Shown: positions 1 to 12,485 of the stretch, piece after piece | How positions within the stretch are numbered: the first letter of the stretch is position 1 | How the letters are laid out: every line of letters starts with the position of its first letter | NCBI GenBank assembly: GCA_009914755.4 | Contig: CP086569.2 | Location: 3,904,001-3,968,000 of the forward strand | Origin: the human T2T-CHM13v2.0 reference genome, Homo sapiens | Direction of reading: 5' to 3' | Length of the DNA: 64,000 nt | The notes under the pieces: model-generated | The model's input: only the letters and a program-made list of their open reading frames with translations | Database searches by the model: none | What the model was told of the DNA's origin: nothing | Position numbers and translations under genes: made by a program

Positions 1-3000
1 TCAAATTTACAGAATGTTGAATCAGGCAATATTAAACAGATTTTTTTTGTTTTTAAAAATTGTTTTCCACTGCACATTTTCTCAGAACTTTTAAAAGAGG
101 TAGAATGCTTCTGACTATAAGATGGGAATATAGTATGTGACATTCCTCAGATGTATTTGAATATGGAGGCTTTTATTCTGTTGTACCTTATGGGAATAAT
201 ATTCCTTGAAACACTATTTGGGGAGTACAAATCTGATTAAAGCCCCTCACATGAAGCAACTTCCTTAGAGGCAGATAAGCTATATGATATTCCTGAAGGT
301 TTCAAAGTGACCTAAACAGAATTTAGGTGAAGGCCCCCTAGTTTACTGTCCAATACTTATTCCATTTTCACAATGTGGCTTTCCATTTTAACTGGTAATA
401 TTTATTTGAAATTTTTTAAAAATCAGTTTTACTCTAAAGTTTAGAGGAAACATTTAAAAAAAGACTAGAAGACTAGAACAGCAGGGTTAGGACAGTTCTT
501 CTACCAAAGCAGTACACTTTCGAATACACAGTATTATATACAGTATTGCAGTACTTGCCTTTACCCTTCCAATGGAGAAATAATATCCTCAAAGACAACA
601 TTTAATAATAACACGTCATGTACAGTAATCATTCTGTTAACTTGATAATTTGATAATTACAAATGTTAAAGATATATGTATTTGTAAACTATTCATAAAA
701 TATGCTTATATACGTTATATTTATTCAGCCTAATCTGTAACCTTACGGGCCATTGTTTTATGATTATCTATTTATATATCTATATTAGAAATGTTAACAA
801 AGCATAGATTATCTATCTTTTCTTGTGTAGTTTAAATCTCACTCTAAGCATTTGCTGATAGAACAGTTTTGCTTTTCCATGCTGAAGCAATTGAAGAATG
901 GCCTGGGTTTACCCTGTCAGAATGTCTCACCTATAAACATTTGTACTAAAGTCACAGCAACATTTGAAAGATGCTACAGGAGTAACCCAACTCATAATGT
1001 GGACTTCCAAGATTTTCTGCAAAAATGAGTCAGCCCTTAGTAACTCTTGTCTATGTGTTTAAATATCATTTATGTAATGTGATTAATTAAAAGATTTTAT
1101 TCTTATCATCTGCTTGTATTTTACATCAAACATTTTATAAATGTGTACTAGATGATAAAATAAACTGGTTTTACCTTAAAAGGAAAAGAAAAATAGGTTC
1201 TTTCATCCCTTCCAGAAATTACATTAGCATGAGGACTACACAAGGTGAACACATTCAGATTCAAATCCCTTTACGAAAGAGACCTCTTAATGATACACAA
1301 ATCAATGAAAAGATATATGTATATCTACAATTAAAATTGCCTACTATTAAAAATAAATGGCTACACAACTTAATTTTTTAACTTGCAGACTGTATACAAT
1401 GATATATAGCTATTTGAAATTGATATTAGAATTCTTAAGTGCAGTATTTATTGTTGCTGGGCCAAATATTCCTGTGGAAAAGCACAGGTGTGAAATTGTA
1501 ACTGAGAAAATGTGACTTTGTATATCGTTATTAATTCACATTATGCACACATTTTAGAAGCATATTTTATGTATAAGATCAAACTGTGTCATTCTTTCTT
1601 TTCTTTAGTTAGAGATGTCTATTGAAAGATAGAACTAGAAGGGATCTTGAAAGGTCATTAATCCATTCACTGCACTTAAACAAGACTAAACCTAAAAAAG
1701 GCTCAGAGAGACTATCTTTGGCAGTGTGAAAACTTTTCGTGTCTAATTCCTTTTATGAAGACAATCTAGTAGAAACAATAAAAAAGAAAAGCTTCCAATA
1801 TGGCATTTTGCTTTTCTAAGATGATTTCCCATTCTGTTACTAAAAAAAGAACTAAATTTATATTTTTCTCTTTTTGTCTTTTCTCTCTTTGCAGGTGCAC
1901 ACTATGTGTATGTGAATCATGATACAGTTCACAGCAACTGTAGCAATGCCACTGTGTTTCTGTTAATTAACTCAATATAACTATTGTGCATAAAAAGTGT
2001 ACATTTAATAAGGAAATCAAGATTTAAAACAATTTCACAAAATATTTTATTATAACCATACACAAAACACTTTTCAAATCACCAACCATTTGTTATTATT
2101 TCTTACAAATTCAGACATACAGGATTACGTTCTTGAAACTGCATAATTATATTAAATATAAGAATGTCTCTAAATTTCATGGCTTTTATCTACCATAATG
2201 GGTTATCATTCCAATAAAAATATTAAATATTTGTGCCTATATAATTTATATGTGCAAATTATATGCATATATATGAAATGTCCTATATATGTGTGTGTGT
2301 GTGGGTTTGTGTACACTTTGATGGAGAATAAGTTGTGTTATTTTATTAAGCAAAAACATTGCCTTTTATGGTACATAAAATGACTCGTGTTTCCATGCTA
2401 TTAAAATTCCTACATAAGTCTAAATTCTTATACATTCCATTCTCTTTGTATATTTTCCTTTTAAGATGACAAACATTTATTTCAAAATATCTACATTTTG
2501 TAAGCATTATACTCTAGTATCCAGTTTACTTACTATATATATGTGTCTGTATACATATGTATATTCACTTATACATATTGGTGGTAACACTTTTCTCCTT
2601 TTATTTTAGTTTTACATTTCTGGAGTTTCGGGAAAGAAGCTATTGAAATTTTTCTTATTTCAAGATATGTTTACATGACCTACTTGCAAACTTAACAAAA
2701 TCATCTGAGATTATTTTTTCTTTTTTCAGTAAACTTACCAAAATTTGAACATAACTTGAAAGTAATGATCGGTTTGCTGTTTTGATTGTTTGTAGACAAG
2801 TCCTGTGCCATTAGTATCTAATAAAGTGAGTGACATTGAAGAATTTGGTGACAAGAATACAAACTAGTCAAAATAGATTGCCTCTATGTCAATAATTATA
2901 AGGCTGCATATCAAAAAAATATAGTCATATATATATTCTAGGCACTGTTTAGGGATAGTAAAAGAACTAAAAATTGTGTACATACATTTTGTTGGAACAC

Positions 3001-3876
3001 AATGGAGGTGAGGTTGGGGAGTATGGTGTATTTCCGTGTGGTTTGAGTGCCTGTGTGTGTGTATGCGGGTGTGAGAATTACTTTTTATAGAAATATAATT
3101 AAGTAAAACTAACTTGGCATGTAAAATATGAGACAGTGAAGGAATAGGAGCATGGAAAACTATAAATTTTATAATTGTGCCATGTTTAGACTTTTCAGTT
3201 ATTTCATAGTTATTGTATCAGACCTAAGACCGTGGCACATATTAGGTTCAAAATGGGAATGTAGATCCCTAAATCTAGATCCTTAATTCTTAATGCTTTT
3301 CACCATCACATGCTATAGTTCATTCACACAAATCACTGTGTTGTGTTTCTTTTGGTTGACACATACCTATCCCCAAGAAAATGGACTCAAAAGACACTAA
3401 TAAAAGCTTTTAAAAGTATTTTTATAAGCCTGGGAACTGCAATAACCCCTGTATCTATTAATTGTTATAATATAATTATGTGAAATATGAGTGAATTGTG
3501 AAGAGACAGGAGTAAAAACTGAACTTTTGGGAAGGAAAATTGCTAAGGAACGAATGCAGAGTCCAGTCCCAAGGGAAATTGGTTAGGGTATCCATTTAGC
3601 ACAGGGTATTTGGTAATCAAACACATGGACTGGAATACAGTTTCAGAAAACATTATGTATCTTAGTGATGAAAGCAACTGCTTTTCACTTTTTGCAAACA
3701 TGACATTAGTGAACCTTCTGCTAAATCCTCTACACTATTTAGTAAATCTATATCCATCAGATTGATTGTCTTTCTGATACTGCCAAAGTTCAGGTGTATA
3801 TTAATTTCAAGAATAATTGAAACTGAAACATACCAAATAGTCCCATAGAGAGTTTTTTATTTTTTTTTTGATTAAC

Positions 3877-4268
3877 ATAGAAATTGACCTTTCTGATCTT
3901 AAAACGTGAAACTCACCAGATCCAGACAATGACATACCAGGCCTCTCAAATGGTATCAAAGAATTCAAACTCACCAGATCATCACATTCTGACAATGAGA
4001 TGTCAGGACCCTCATTCATCATGATTGCTTCCTTAACCATCCTGAGTTTCCCTTTTCCAATTCATTGTTACATTTCTTCCCTGCTATATAATCTAATTTC
4101 AGTTAGTCAGGGAGATGGATTTAAGACTGATCTCACATCTTCTTTGCTATAGCACTTGATTAAAGACTCTCCCTTGGTGATAACCATTATCTCAGTGATT
4201 GGCTTTCTATACAGCCAACAGGAGTAGCAGGAGCTAGACTGAACTCCTGGTGTTACTGAAACACCAGG
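3877..4268 (+). repeat. Copy 1 of an unclassified ~390-bp dispersed repeat. It is preceded by a T-run (3855-3869). It may be the antisense 3' end of a poly-A retroposon, or an LTR carrying an internal TATA-like 'gctatataa'.
   Basis: About 75-80% identical by eye to 11871-12256 in the same orientation. Shared blocks include 'atagaaattgacc', 'cttaaaac.tgaaactcaccagat', 'tcattcatcatgatt.cttcctta', 'tagtcagggagatggattt.agactgatctc' and 'tgattggctttc'. Confidence 0.6.
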
Positions 4269-4325
4269 AAAATTTTAAAGGAATTCCCATTTGCAGGTTG
4301 AATAAGCCCTACTGACTGAGAGAGG

Positions 4326-4815
4326 AGGGAAGCACCCTGACTGTTTCAGTATGGACGCTTCTGGGGGCTTATGTGTAATTGTGTGTTGTGTTTATGTGTC
4401 TGGGCATGTCAGTGTTTTTTGTGGGTACCAGGCAGTGGGATTGACTCCTCTCAATTTGACAAATTCTGCAGTAATTTTTGTTTACAAATTGACCAAGTCC
4501 ACCTAATGGAAAGGGAAGCATTCAGATTGTTTCAGTTTGGACATTCTTGGGGCTTGTGTGTTTCTGCAGTAGTTGGATTGTGTTTTGGTGATTGTTTGTG
4601 TGTGTTTCATGAAAAATTAGAATTCAATAAACAGATATTCCTTTGTAACACTGTTTGGCCCTAATATTCTTTGGAATCTGGAGTTTTCTATTGAATGAGA
4701 AAGTGTGTTTTTTCAGGATCTTATGCCGCTGTTCTACGCAGGTATGTGCCTAGTTAGTAGGTTCCAGGTGATGTCCTGAGGTGCTGTTTGACCCTAATAT
4801 TCTTTGGAGCCTGGG
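4326..4815. repeat. Local low-copy tandem-like repeats. Two ~80-90 bp related units lie at 4326-4403 and 4513-4604. Two 'ccctaatattctttgga.cctgg' units lie at 4655-4682 and 4788-4815.
   Basis: Direct reading of the sequence. 'gggaagcaccctgactgtttcagtatggacgcttctgggggcttatgtgt' resembles 'gggaagcattcagattgtttcagtttggacattcttggggcttgtgtgt'. 'ggccctaatattctttggaatctggag' resembles 'gaccctaatattctttggagcctgggg'. Confidence 0.6.
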
Positions 4816-5173
4816 GAGGTTTGGGTCTTTAAGAATAAAACTGCCATTGAAGTTGCTTTACCCAAAATTTTGGTTCACAGCCTACATTGGGTTACCTACT
4901 GGGGCAAACAAAGTTTAGTCATGTAAACATGTTCATAGACAGGTAAGTTTGTATTGCTATCTCATGGCTATAGTTCAAAGGTAAAAGCTATTGGAAAAAG
5001 CTTTGTGTACCTGAAGGGAAAATAGAAAGCTGAAAATGTTTAGTTAATAAAATCTTTAAAACATGATAGAAAACTGAAGAAATGGCAATTAACATTGCTT
5101 ATAGTCAAAGCTCTTAGTGTCAATGAAGGCAAACTGAGAACTATTATAATGAAACACATTGGAAGTTTGGCTA

Positions 5174-5538
5174 TTTTTTAATTATACTTTAAGTTCTGGG
5201 ATATATGTGCAGAACATGCAGGTTTGTTACATAGGTATACACATGCCATGGTGGTTTGCTGCACCCATCAACCCATCGTCTACATTAGGTATTTCTCCTA
5301 ATGCTATCCCTCCCCTATCGCCCCAACCCATGACAGTCCCCGGTATGTGATGTTTCCCTCCCTGTGTCCATGTGTTCTCATTATTCAACTCCCACTTATG
5401 AGTGAGAACATGCAGTGTTTGGTTTTCTGTTCCTGTGTTAGTTTGCTGAGAATGATGGCTTCCAGTTTCATCCATGTCCCTGCAAAGGACATGAACTCAT
5501 CATTTTTTATGACTGCATAGTATTCCATGGTGTATATG
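5174..5538 (-). mobile_element. L1 LINE 3'-end fragment (ORF2 C-terminus plus 3'UTR), antisense, with a poly-T (antisense poly-A) at its low-coordinate end.
   Basis: The minus ORF 5385-5603 translates 'MEYYAVIKNDEFMSFAGTWMKLEAIILSKLTQEQKTKHCMFSLISGS', matching the L1 ORF2 C-terminus. The 3'UTR antisense contains 'catgtgttctcattattcaactcccacttatgagtgagaacatgcagtgtttgg'. The terminal 'tttaagttctgggatatatgtgcagaacatgcaggtttgttacatagg' is the reverse complement of the L1 3' tail. Confidence 0.85.
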
Positions 5539-7394
5539 GATCTCTCTGCAGAGAGTGGATCTCTCTGCAGAAACTCTATAAGCCAGAAGAGAGTGGGAGC
5601 CAATATTCAACATTCTTAAAGAGAAGAATTTTCAACCCAAAATTTCATATCCAGCCAAACTAAGTTTCATAAGCGAAACAGAAATAAAATCCTTTACAGA
5701 CAAGCAAATGCCGAGAGATTTTGTCAACACCAGACCCGCCTTACAAGAGTTCCTGAAAGAAGCACTAAATATGGAAAGGAAAAACTGGTACCAGCCACTG
5801 CAAAAACATACAAATTGTAAAGACCATCGACACTATGAAGAAACTGCACCAACTAACGGGCAAAATCATCATAATGACAGGATCAAATTCACACATGACA
5901 ATATTAACCTTAAATGTAAATGGGCTAAATGCCCCAATTAAAAGACACAGACTGGCAAATTGGATAAAGAGTCAAGACCCATCGGTATGCTGTATTCAGG
6001 AGACCCATCTCACGTGCAAAGATACACGTAGGCTCAAAATATAAGAGATGGAGGAATATTTACCAAGAAAATGGAAAGCAAAAAAAAAAAAAAAAAAAAG
6101 CAGGGTTTGAAATCCTAGTCTCTGATAAAACAGACTTTAAACCATCAAAGATCAAAAAAGACAAAGAAGGGCATTACATAATGGTGAAAGGATCAATTCA
6201 GCAAGAAGAACTAACTATCCTAAATACATATGCACCCAATACAGGAGCACCCAGGTTCATAAAGCAAGTTCTTAGAGACCTACAAAGAGACTTAGACTCC
6301 CACACAATAATAGTGGGAGACTTTAACACCCCACTGTCAATATTAGACAGATCAATGAGACAGAAAATTAACAAGGATATCCAGGACTTGAACTCAGCTC
6401 TGGACCAAGTGGACCTAATAGATATCTACAGAACTCTCCACCCAAAATCAACAGAATATACATTCTTCTCAGCACCACATCGCACTTATTCTAAAATTCA
6501 CCACATAACTGGAAGTAAAACACTCCTCAGCAAACGCAAAAGAATGGAAATCATAACAAACAGTCTCTCAGACCATAGTGCAATCAAATTAGGAATCAGG
6601 ATTAAGAAACACACTCAAAACCACACAACTGCATGGAAACTGAATGACCTGCTCCTGAATGACTACTGGGTACATAACGAAATGAAGTCAGAAATAAAGA
6701 TGTTCTTTGAAACCAAGGAGAACAAAGACACAACGTTTCAGAATTTCTGGGGCACAGCTAAAGCACTGTTTAGAGGGAAATGTATAGCACTAAAGACCCA
6801 CAGGAGAAAGTGGGAATGATCTAAAATCAACACCCTAATATCACAATTAAAAGAACTAGAGAAGCAAGAGGAAACCAATTCAAAAGCTAGCAGAGGACAA
6901 GAAATAACTAAGATCAGAGCAGAACTGAAGGAGATCAAGGCACAAAAAAAAATTCAAAAAATCAATAAATCCAGGACATGGTTTTTTGAAAAGATTAACA
7001 AAATAGATAGACCGCTAGCCAGACTAATAAAGAAGAAAAGAAAGAAGAATCAAATAGACACAATAAAAAATAATAAAGGGGATATCACCACTGATCCCAC
7101 AAAAATACAAACTACCATTAGGGAATACTATAAACACCTCTATGCAAATAAACTAGAAAATCTAGAAGAAATGGATAAATTCCTGGACACATACACCCTC
7201 CCAAGACTAAGCCAGGAAGAAGTCGAATCCCTGAACAGACCAATAAGAAGTTCTGAAATTGAGGCAGTAATTAATAGCCTACCAATCAAAAAAAGCCCAG
7301 GATGAAGTGGATTCACAGCTGAATTCAACCAGAGGTACAAAGAGGAGCTGGTACGATTCCTTCTGAAACTATTCCAAACAATAGAAAAAGAGTA
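5539..7394 (+). mobile_element. L1 LINE internal fragment in sense orientation, running from the ORF1 C-terminus through the ORF2 endonuclease domain and part of the RT domain. It contains an internal A20 run at 6083-6102.
   Basis: The plus ORFs 5708-5941, 5835-6044 and 6181-6819 give 'MPRDFVNTRPALQEFLKEALNMERKNWYQPLQKHT' (ORF1 end), '[51 protein letters not shown]' and '[43 protein letters not shown]' (ORF2 EN domain). The junction at 5539-5570 carries a 15-bp microduplication 'ggatctctctgcaga'. Confidence 0.9.
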
Positions 7395-9569
7395 TACAGG
7401 ACTCACTACAAGGGTACCTCATTTACTCAGCCTTCTACTCTCAACTTCAGATGAGAACTGGAGTGTGCAAGCACTGGAACTGGCCAACTGGTTTGGTGTC
7501 AGCAGGAGTGAGCTCCATGTGGGCCCTGTGGCATTGTCCACGTATGGATGCCTGTGACCCCAAAGCCCTAGAGGTCATGTTACCAGTGCTCTTTAAGCTG
7601 TGTCATCCATGGATGGCTTAAGTGTTTGTAGCTCAGTGGGCACTTTGCCTCATTGTGTGGGGCAGCTGCCCTCCACCAGTGAGGGGAAAGGGCCAGTGTG
7701 ACAGTCTTTTGTATCCACTTGTGGCTCCCAAGCTCCTGTCCAGAGTCCAGGAAAAATGAGGTTAAATGAACAAATTGAAGGATGATATATGCAGGGTATT
7801 TTATTGCTGATTAAATTGCCTCTCAGTGGGAAGAGGTGCTCAAAAGGGGATGGGGAGGTAGGCAATCCTCCCCTGAAGTCTGGCTGTCTCCAGCCAGATT
7901 CTTCTCCAAGGTTACACCATCAAGCTGTCCCTCCGAAATCAAGCCATTTTTCTCCAACATCCAACCGTAGTCTCTGCTCCTCTCCAGCTGAATCTTGGGT
8001 CTTTACAGGCACATAATGGAGGACAGGGTGGGTCATGGGTAGTTTAGGAAAAGACAACATTCAAGCAGGAAAACAGGGATATAAGTTCTCATTTTAGGCC
8101 ATGGTTTCAGGCTTTTTGGCTTGAGGGTTTCACTGGGGACCTGCCCTTTTCTGCCTAGAATTTCTCTGCCTCCTTCACCTATCAGTACAAGTACTAATGT
8201 ACTTATTGGTCATCTGCCTACAGTGAATTTCTCAATTGCACAAAATATATATTGGTATTGATCAACTTGAAGACATTAATCTGTATACCAGAAACAAAAT
8301 GTCCATTAGGTGTTTGTTTTAGGCTCTGGGTAACATTGTAGCCTCTCATATAAACTGAGTAGGAGAAATAATTGGAGTCGGTTTTCTGTTTATTTGTTTT
8401 TGCTTTTAATTTTCATTTATTGCTGTTTGATCTTTTTGGAATTTTAATTATATATACATATATATAAAACCATTGATGGCTTTTAGTTTCTAATGGAAGA
8501 CTTTTATTTGATCCCATGAATAGCCATTTATTGGCCTATGCATTTCCAACAATTCATCATCTGTTCTATTTATCTAAAATTCCAAGCTGCCTATGTCAAA
8601 CCTGCAAAAAGTAAGTAATAAAGGACATCAACTATTTAAAATTTGATTGGTTTTGTTTACCTCTGACAGAGAGCTACAAAAGCTTTAAGGTTTCTGTAAA
8701 AATAAAATAAATAAGATTTATTTTTACATGTTTTGAGCAGCAGTGTTACATTACTTCATTTGAAAAAAGTAGGTGAGAATAAAGATGTTTAAATAATGTT
8801 TATTTCCAAGGTAATTCAGTTCAATCAATAATTTGAGTTGGTTTCAGATCTTTTTATTTAGGGAATGAAGAAAAATTATGACATGGACGTAAAGTTTTAA
8901 TGTTCAGAACAGTTTGGTCTGTGATTTCTCTCAAACCAATTTAGTTGTATTTAACATTATTAAAATTCAATGACATTTGCTTGGGTTAAGTCATAATAAA
9001 AAAATGTATGACTTTCTAGTAATTTTTTTTAATCCCAAGCCATTTATCACTGATAGGCCTCGATGTGTATAATTGAAAATGAAATATGTACAAGTGTTAC
9101 CCTGGCTTGAATATTTTACTGGTGAAAGTTACCTAATCAGTTGTCTGTACTGTATCTAGAAACCAATCTTGGAAATGTGTGATGATGTCCTTTTAAAACA
9201 GTTGAAAAGAAATTACTGTGTGCTTGTTCTTAATTTGTCCCTGTTTTGTTGTATAGTATTTAAATGAAAGGAGATTATTTTTCCTCACACTGAATTTCCA
9301 AAACTGATAACTGCATTTATAATTTTTTAAATGATGAAGAGAAACCTTAGTCATCTTACTTTGATAAGTTTGGAGCAGGAACTATCACAAAAGTTTGGAT
9401 AGTAGGAACTATCCAAACAAAAGTTTGGATGCTTTTGATCACAGTTTTGTCACTAGAATGCTAGCAACTAGACATGCAATAAGTAATCTGACTAACTTAA
9501 TACACAGTGGTTTCAAGTGCAGCAGGCAGTAGCCTCTAAACACCAAATCACAGTGTTTTAATTTGTGAA

Positions 9570-9831
9570 ACGATAGAGAAAATGATAGCACTTTCTGTGG
9601 TATAAATATCTTATTAACCCATCCTTGTGCTGTTAAGTTATAGGGCTTTGAATCCTGGAACTTAACAGCAGAAAGTGCCTTTGAATCTGAAAAGGCATAC
9701 ACGATAGAGAAAATGATAGCACTTTCTGTGGTATAAATATCTTATTAACCCATCCTTGTGCTGTTAAGTTATAGGGCTTTGAATCCTGGAACTTAACAGC
9801 ACAAAGTGCCTTTGAATCTGAAAAGGCACAC
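9570..9831. repeat. Near-perfect tandem duplication, 2 x 131 bp.
   Basis: The unit 'acgatagagaaaatgatagcactttctgtggtataaatatcttattaacccatccttgtgctgttaagttatagggctttgaatcctggaacttaacagca.aaagtgcctttgaatctgaaaaggca.ac' occurs at 9570-9700 and again at 9701-9831. The two copies differ by only 2-3 mismatches. Confidence 0.9.
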
Positions 9832-11870
9832 CCTTCTGCTAAATTTTGAGCATTGACAACAGTCTAAGCTGTGTTTTGAGACCACAGAGAAAGTGAAAAT
9901 CAGAATGAATGCTTTTGTGAAACACAGAACAAAAAGTTTGAACCGTTCAATCTAGACTCAGGGACTATCATGAAACAGGTGGGCACATGAAATTTTAAGG
10001 GCCAATTTTGTGAGATAAAATTTGTTCAGAGTTTTTTTAATATATAAATTAAACATTAATATTAAAAGCACACTGATGTAAAGCCAACATCTAGGCCTGT
10101 GTGTAAAAATAACAGGGTTTTCTTGGAGCATTGATCTGCTCTTTAATAGAGTTATAAAAGATTTAACAGAAATTTTATCTTATGGTCAAACTGATTAAAA
10201 TTAGATTTGTTTTTAAGGTTTTATTAAATTTTATTAAAATTAGCTTTAACATTAATAATACACCATACAAAGGTAAAATTTGGTTTTCTTCTTTGGAGAA
10301 AATTTTCACTTACGGGATAATAGGAGATTTTTGTTTACCATTTGATTAAACTGCAGGGGAAAAAGGATAGGGAGAGACAAATTTATTTGACCTCATGCTA
10401 TCTTTATTAGGTTTCATTGTTTGAGAAACTTCGTCTCATCACTATCAAAGGATAATTGTTTTTGTAGTATCATTTTGGCTAAATGAATGACTAGTTTGTA
10501 GTAACTTGTGGGTTCTATTTTGTAGTATCAATTGTCTTAAACCTTTGATAGTTGAAAGATTTTCCAACAGCAAAATTTCAAGTTCGAAATTCAGTCTTTT
10601 TAACCTCATACTAACTTTTTTTTTTTTATATTGGGTCCCCTGAAGACCAACAGAGACACTTTAGGTTTATTCGGTAAGTTAGAATTATACAAAAATCATT
10701 GTCAAATGTGACATAGTATTTAACTTCTTTTGGGTTATATTTATAAAGATGTGTTATTAATATGTGTTCTAGGACTGTATGATATTCCTGAAATTCTGAC
10801 ATACCTTAATATATTTGTTAAGTAATGATTATAATTATGTTGAATTTTTTTTTTGCCAACAGAAATTACGTAATTTCCTTATCAACTGTATCTTTAACTA
10901 TGACCGTTTTAAGACTTTTGTCATCCACAATTGTTTCTTGTTGATTCTTGTTAAAAAGTGACTTAAAATCAGTTTTAATCCAGGGCTTGCTTCTTTGGGG
11001 CAGTTTATGGAAGGAACTCATGAATAAAGGATTCTGATAACTTTGGAGATTGTGTCACCGGATTAGAAAGAAAACTTCCAGCAGTCTAATTAACTAGCTG
11101 ATGTGTTTATAAAGACTGCTAACCAAATATGAAGCACAGTAGGAGCTGATTGGATGGTCTGAACTAATGGTGGACTGATGTAATTTTTATGGCTTTTTTG
11201 CTTGAAATATTGTTGATTCTTTGTTTTTCAGAATCTGGAGAACTTTTTTCTTTAGAACTATTTATAGCCTTTAAATATACTTTAAGTATATTGAGGATAG
11301 ATTGAAGCTTTTGAGTCATAGTCCTCTCTCTCTCTGCCTAAAATTTGTAAACTATTTCTGAATATTCTTAATTCATGGCAATGTGATTGTTTGTATATGT
11401 TTAGTAAGAACTTGTTTTCTTTTATAAGGGGATGCAGTTGGAGGAACTGATTATTTTCCAAGGGTTTTGACTGAAATGGTCTGTGAGAAGTTTCAGCAAA
11501 GCCAACTCAAGAGAGCCTATTTGGACAATAATTATTTCTGCACTTTATATGGGTAATCAGGCCAAGTATATGGGACTAAATCTTATTTTGCAGGAAGGTT
11601 TGCCCTATTATAATTGGTCTTTGGTGAAAGTGGGTGACTAGAGAGAGAAAAATTGTATTTCAAAAGAAAACTATAGTACCAATCTTTGATTTCTCCATGG
11701 CCACATGATCACCCATGGTATGGAGTACCCACAATGCCCCTCCTCAGCAGGAAGAAGCCAGAATGATTGATCATCAGAATCCCCATGATTGAGGAATTGA
11801 TAAATAAAAGGGTGGGGGGGGAGGTGCTGAAACCAATCTAATAGTCACATAGGTTTTTTTTTTTATAAAA

Positions 11871-12256
11871 ATAGAAATTGACCATTCTAGTCTTAAAACT
11901 TGAAACTCACCAGATTAAGACAATGAGGTATTAGCCCTCTCAAAAGGTATCAAATATCAAACTCATCAGATATCACATCCAGACCATGAGACACCAGACC
12001 ACTCATTCATCATGATTACTTCCTTACCTCACCTGAATTCCTGTTTTCCTATACATAGTTACATTTCTTTCCTGCTATATAAACCTCTAATTTTAGTCAG
12101 TCAGGGAGATGGATTTGAGACTGATCTCCCCTCTCCCTGGCTGTAGCACCTGTTTAAAGTCTTTTTTCTTGGCAATAATCATTGACTCAATGATTGGCTT
12201 TCAGTGCAATGAACAGCAGGACCTAGGCCAAATCCCTAGTGTTTGGTAACAAAACT
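11871..12256 (+). repeat. Copy 2 of the unclassified dispersed repeat described at 3877-4268. It is preceded by a T-run at 11855-11866.
   Basis: Collinear similarity to 3877-4268. Confidence 0.6.
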
Positions 12257-12485
12257 ACTTCTCAGGGATATTAAACAATGGAAAATAGAAGAAAACTCTC
12301 AAATGAGAAAATCAGTCTTCACTATGTAATGATTTTTTCTCTTGCACTCTCATATAAAAAATGCTAACTACCTTAGAGATACTTGAGGGTGAAAGAAGCA
12401 ATATTTCTTTGATGTATGTTACATTGTTTATTTTAAGATGACAGTTTTCTCATTGTTTTTGAAGTATAATTTGTTTGGCTATTTC

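Noticed and set aside
1880-1990. A strong 3' splice acceptor-like motif, 'ttttctctttttgtcttttctctctttgcag|gtgcac'.
   Set aside because: All three downstream frames hit stop codons within 10-26 codons and there is no convincing donor site. It is probably a chance match.
6181-6819. A 212-aa ORF on the plus strand as a candidate protein-coding gene.
   Set aside because: It is the L1 ORF2 endonuclease domain ('[43 protein letters not shown]') embedded in a truncated L1, so it is not a cellular gene.
7395-8200. A GC-richer ~800-bp block immediately 3' of the truncated L1, as a possible LTR or CpG-island-like element.
   Set aside because: I could not find LTR termini, TSDs or a family-specific motif. 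CpG content is low. It has only ORFs of 75 aa or less with no recognisable domains. I have left it unannotated.
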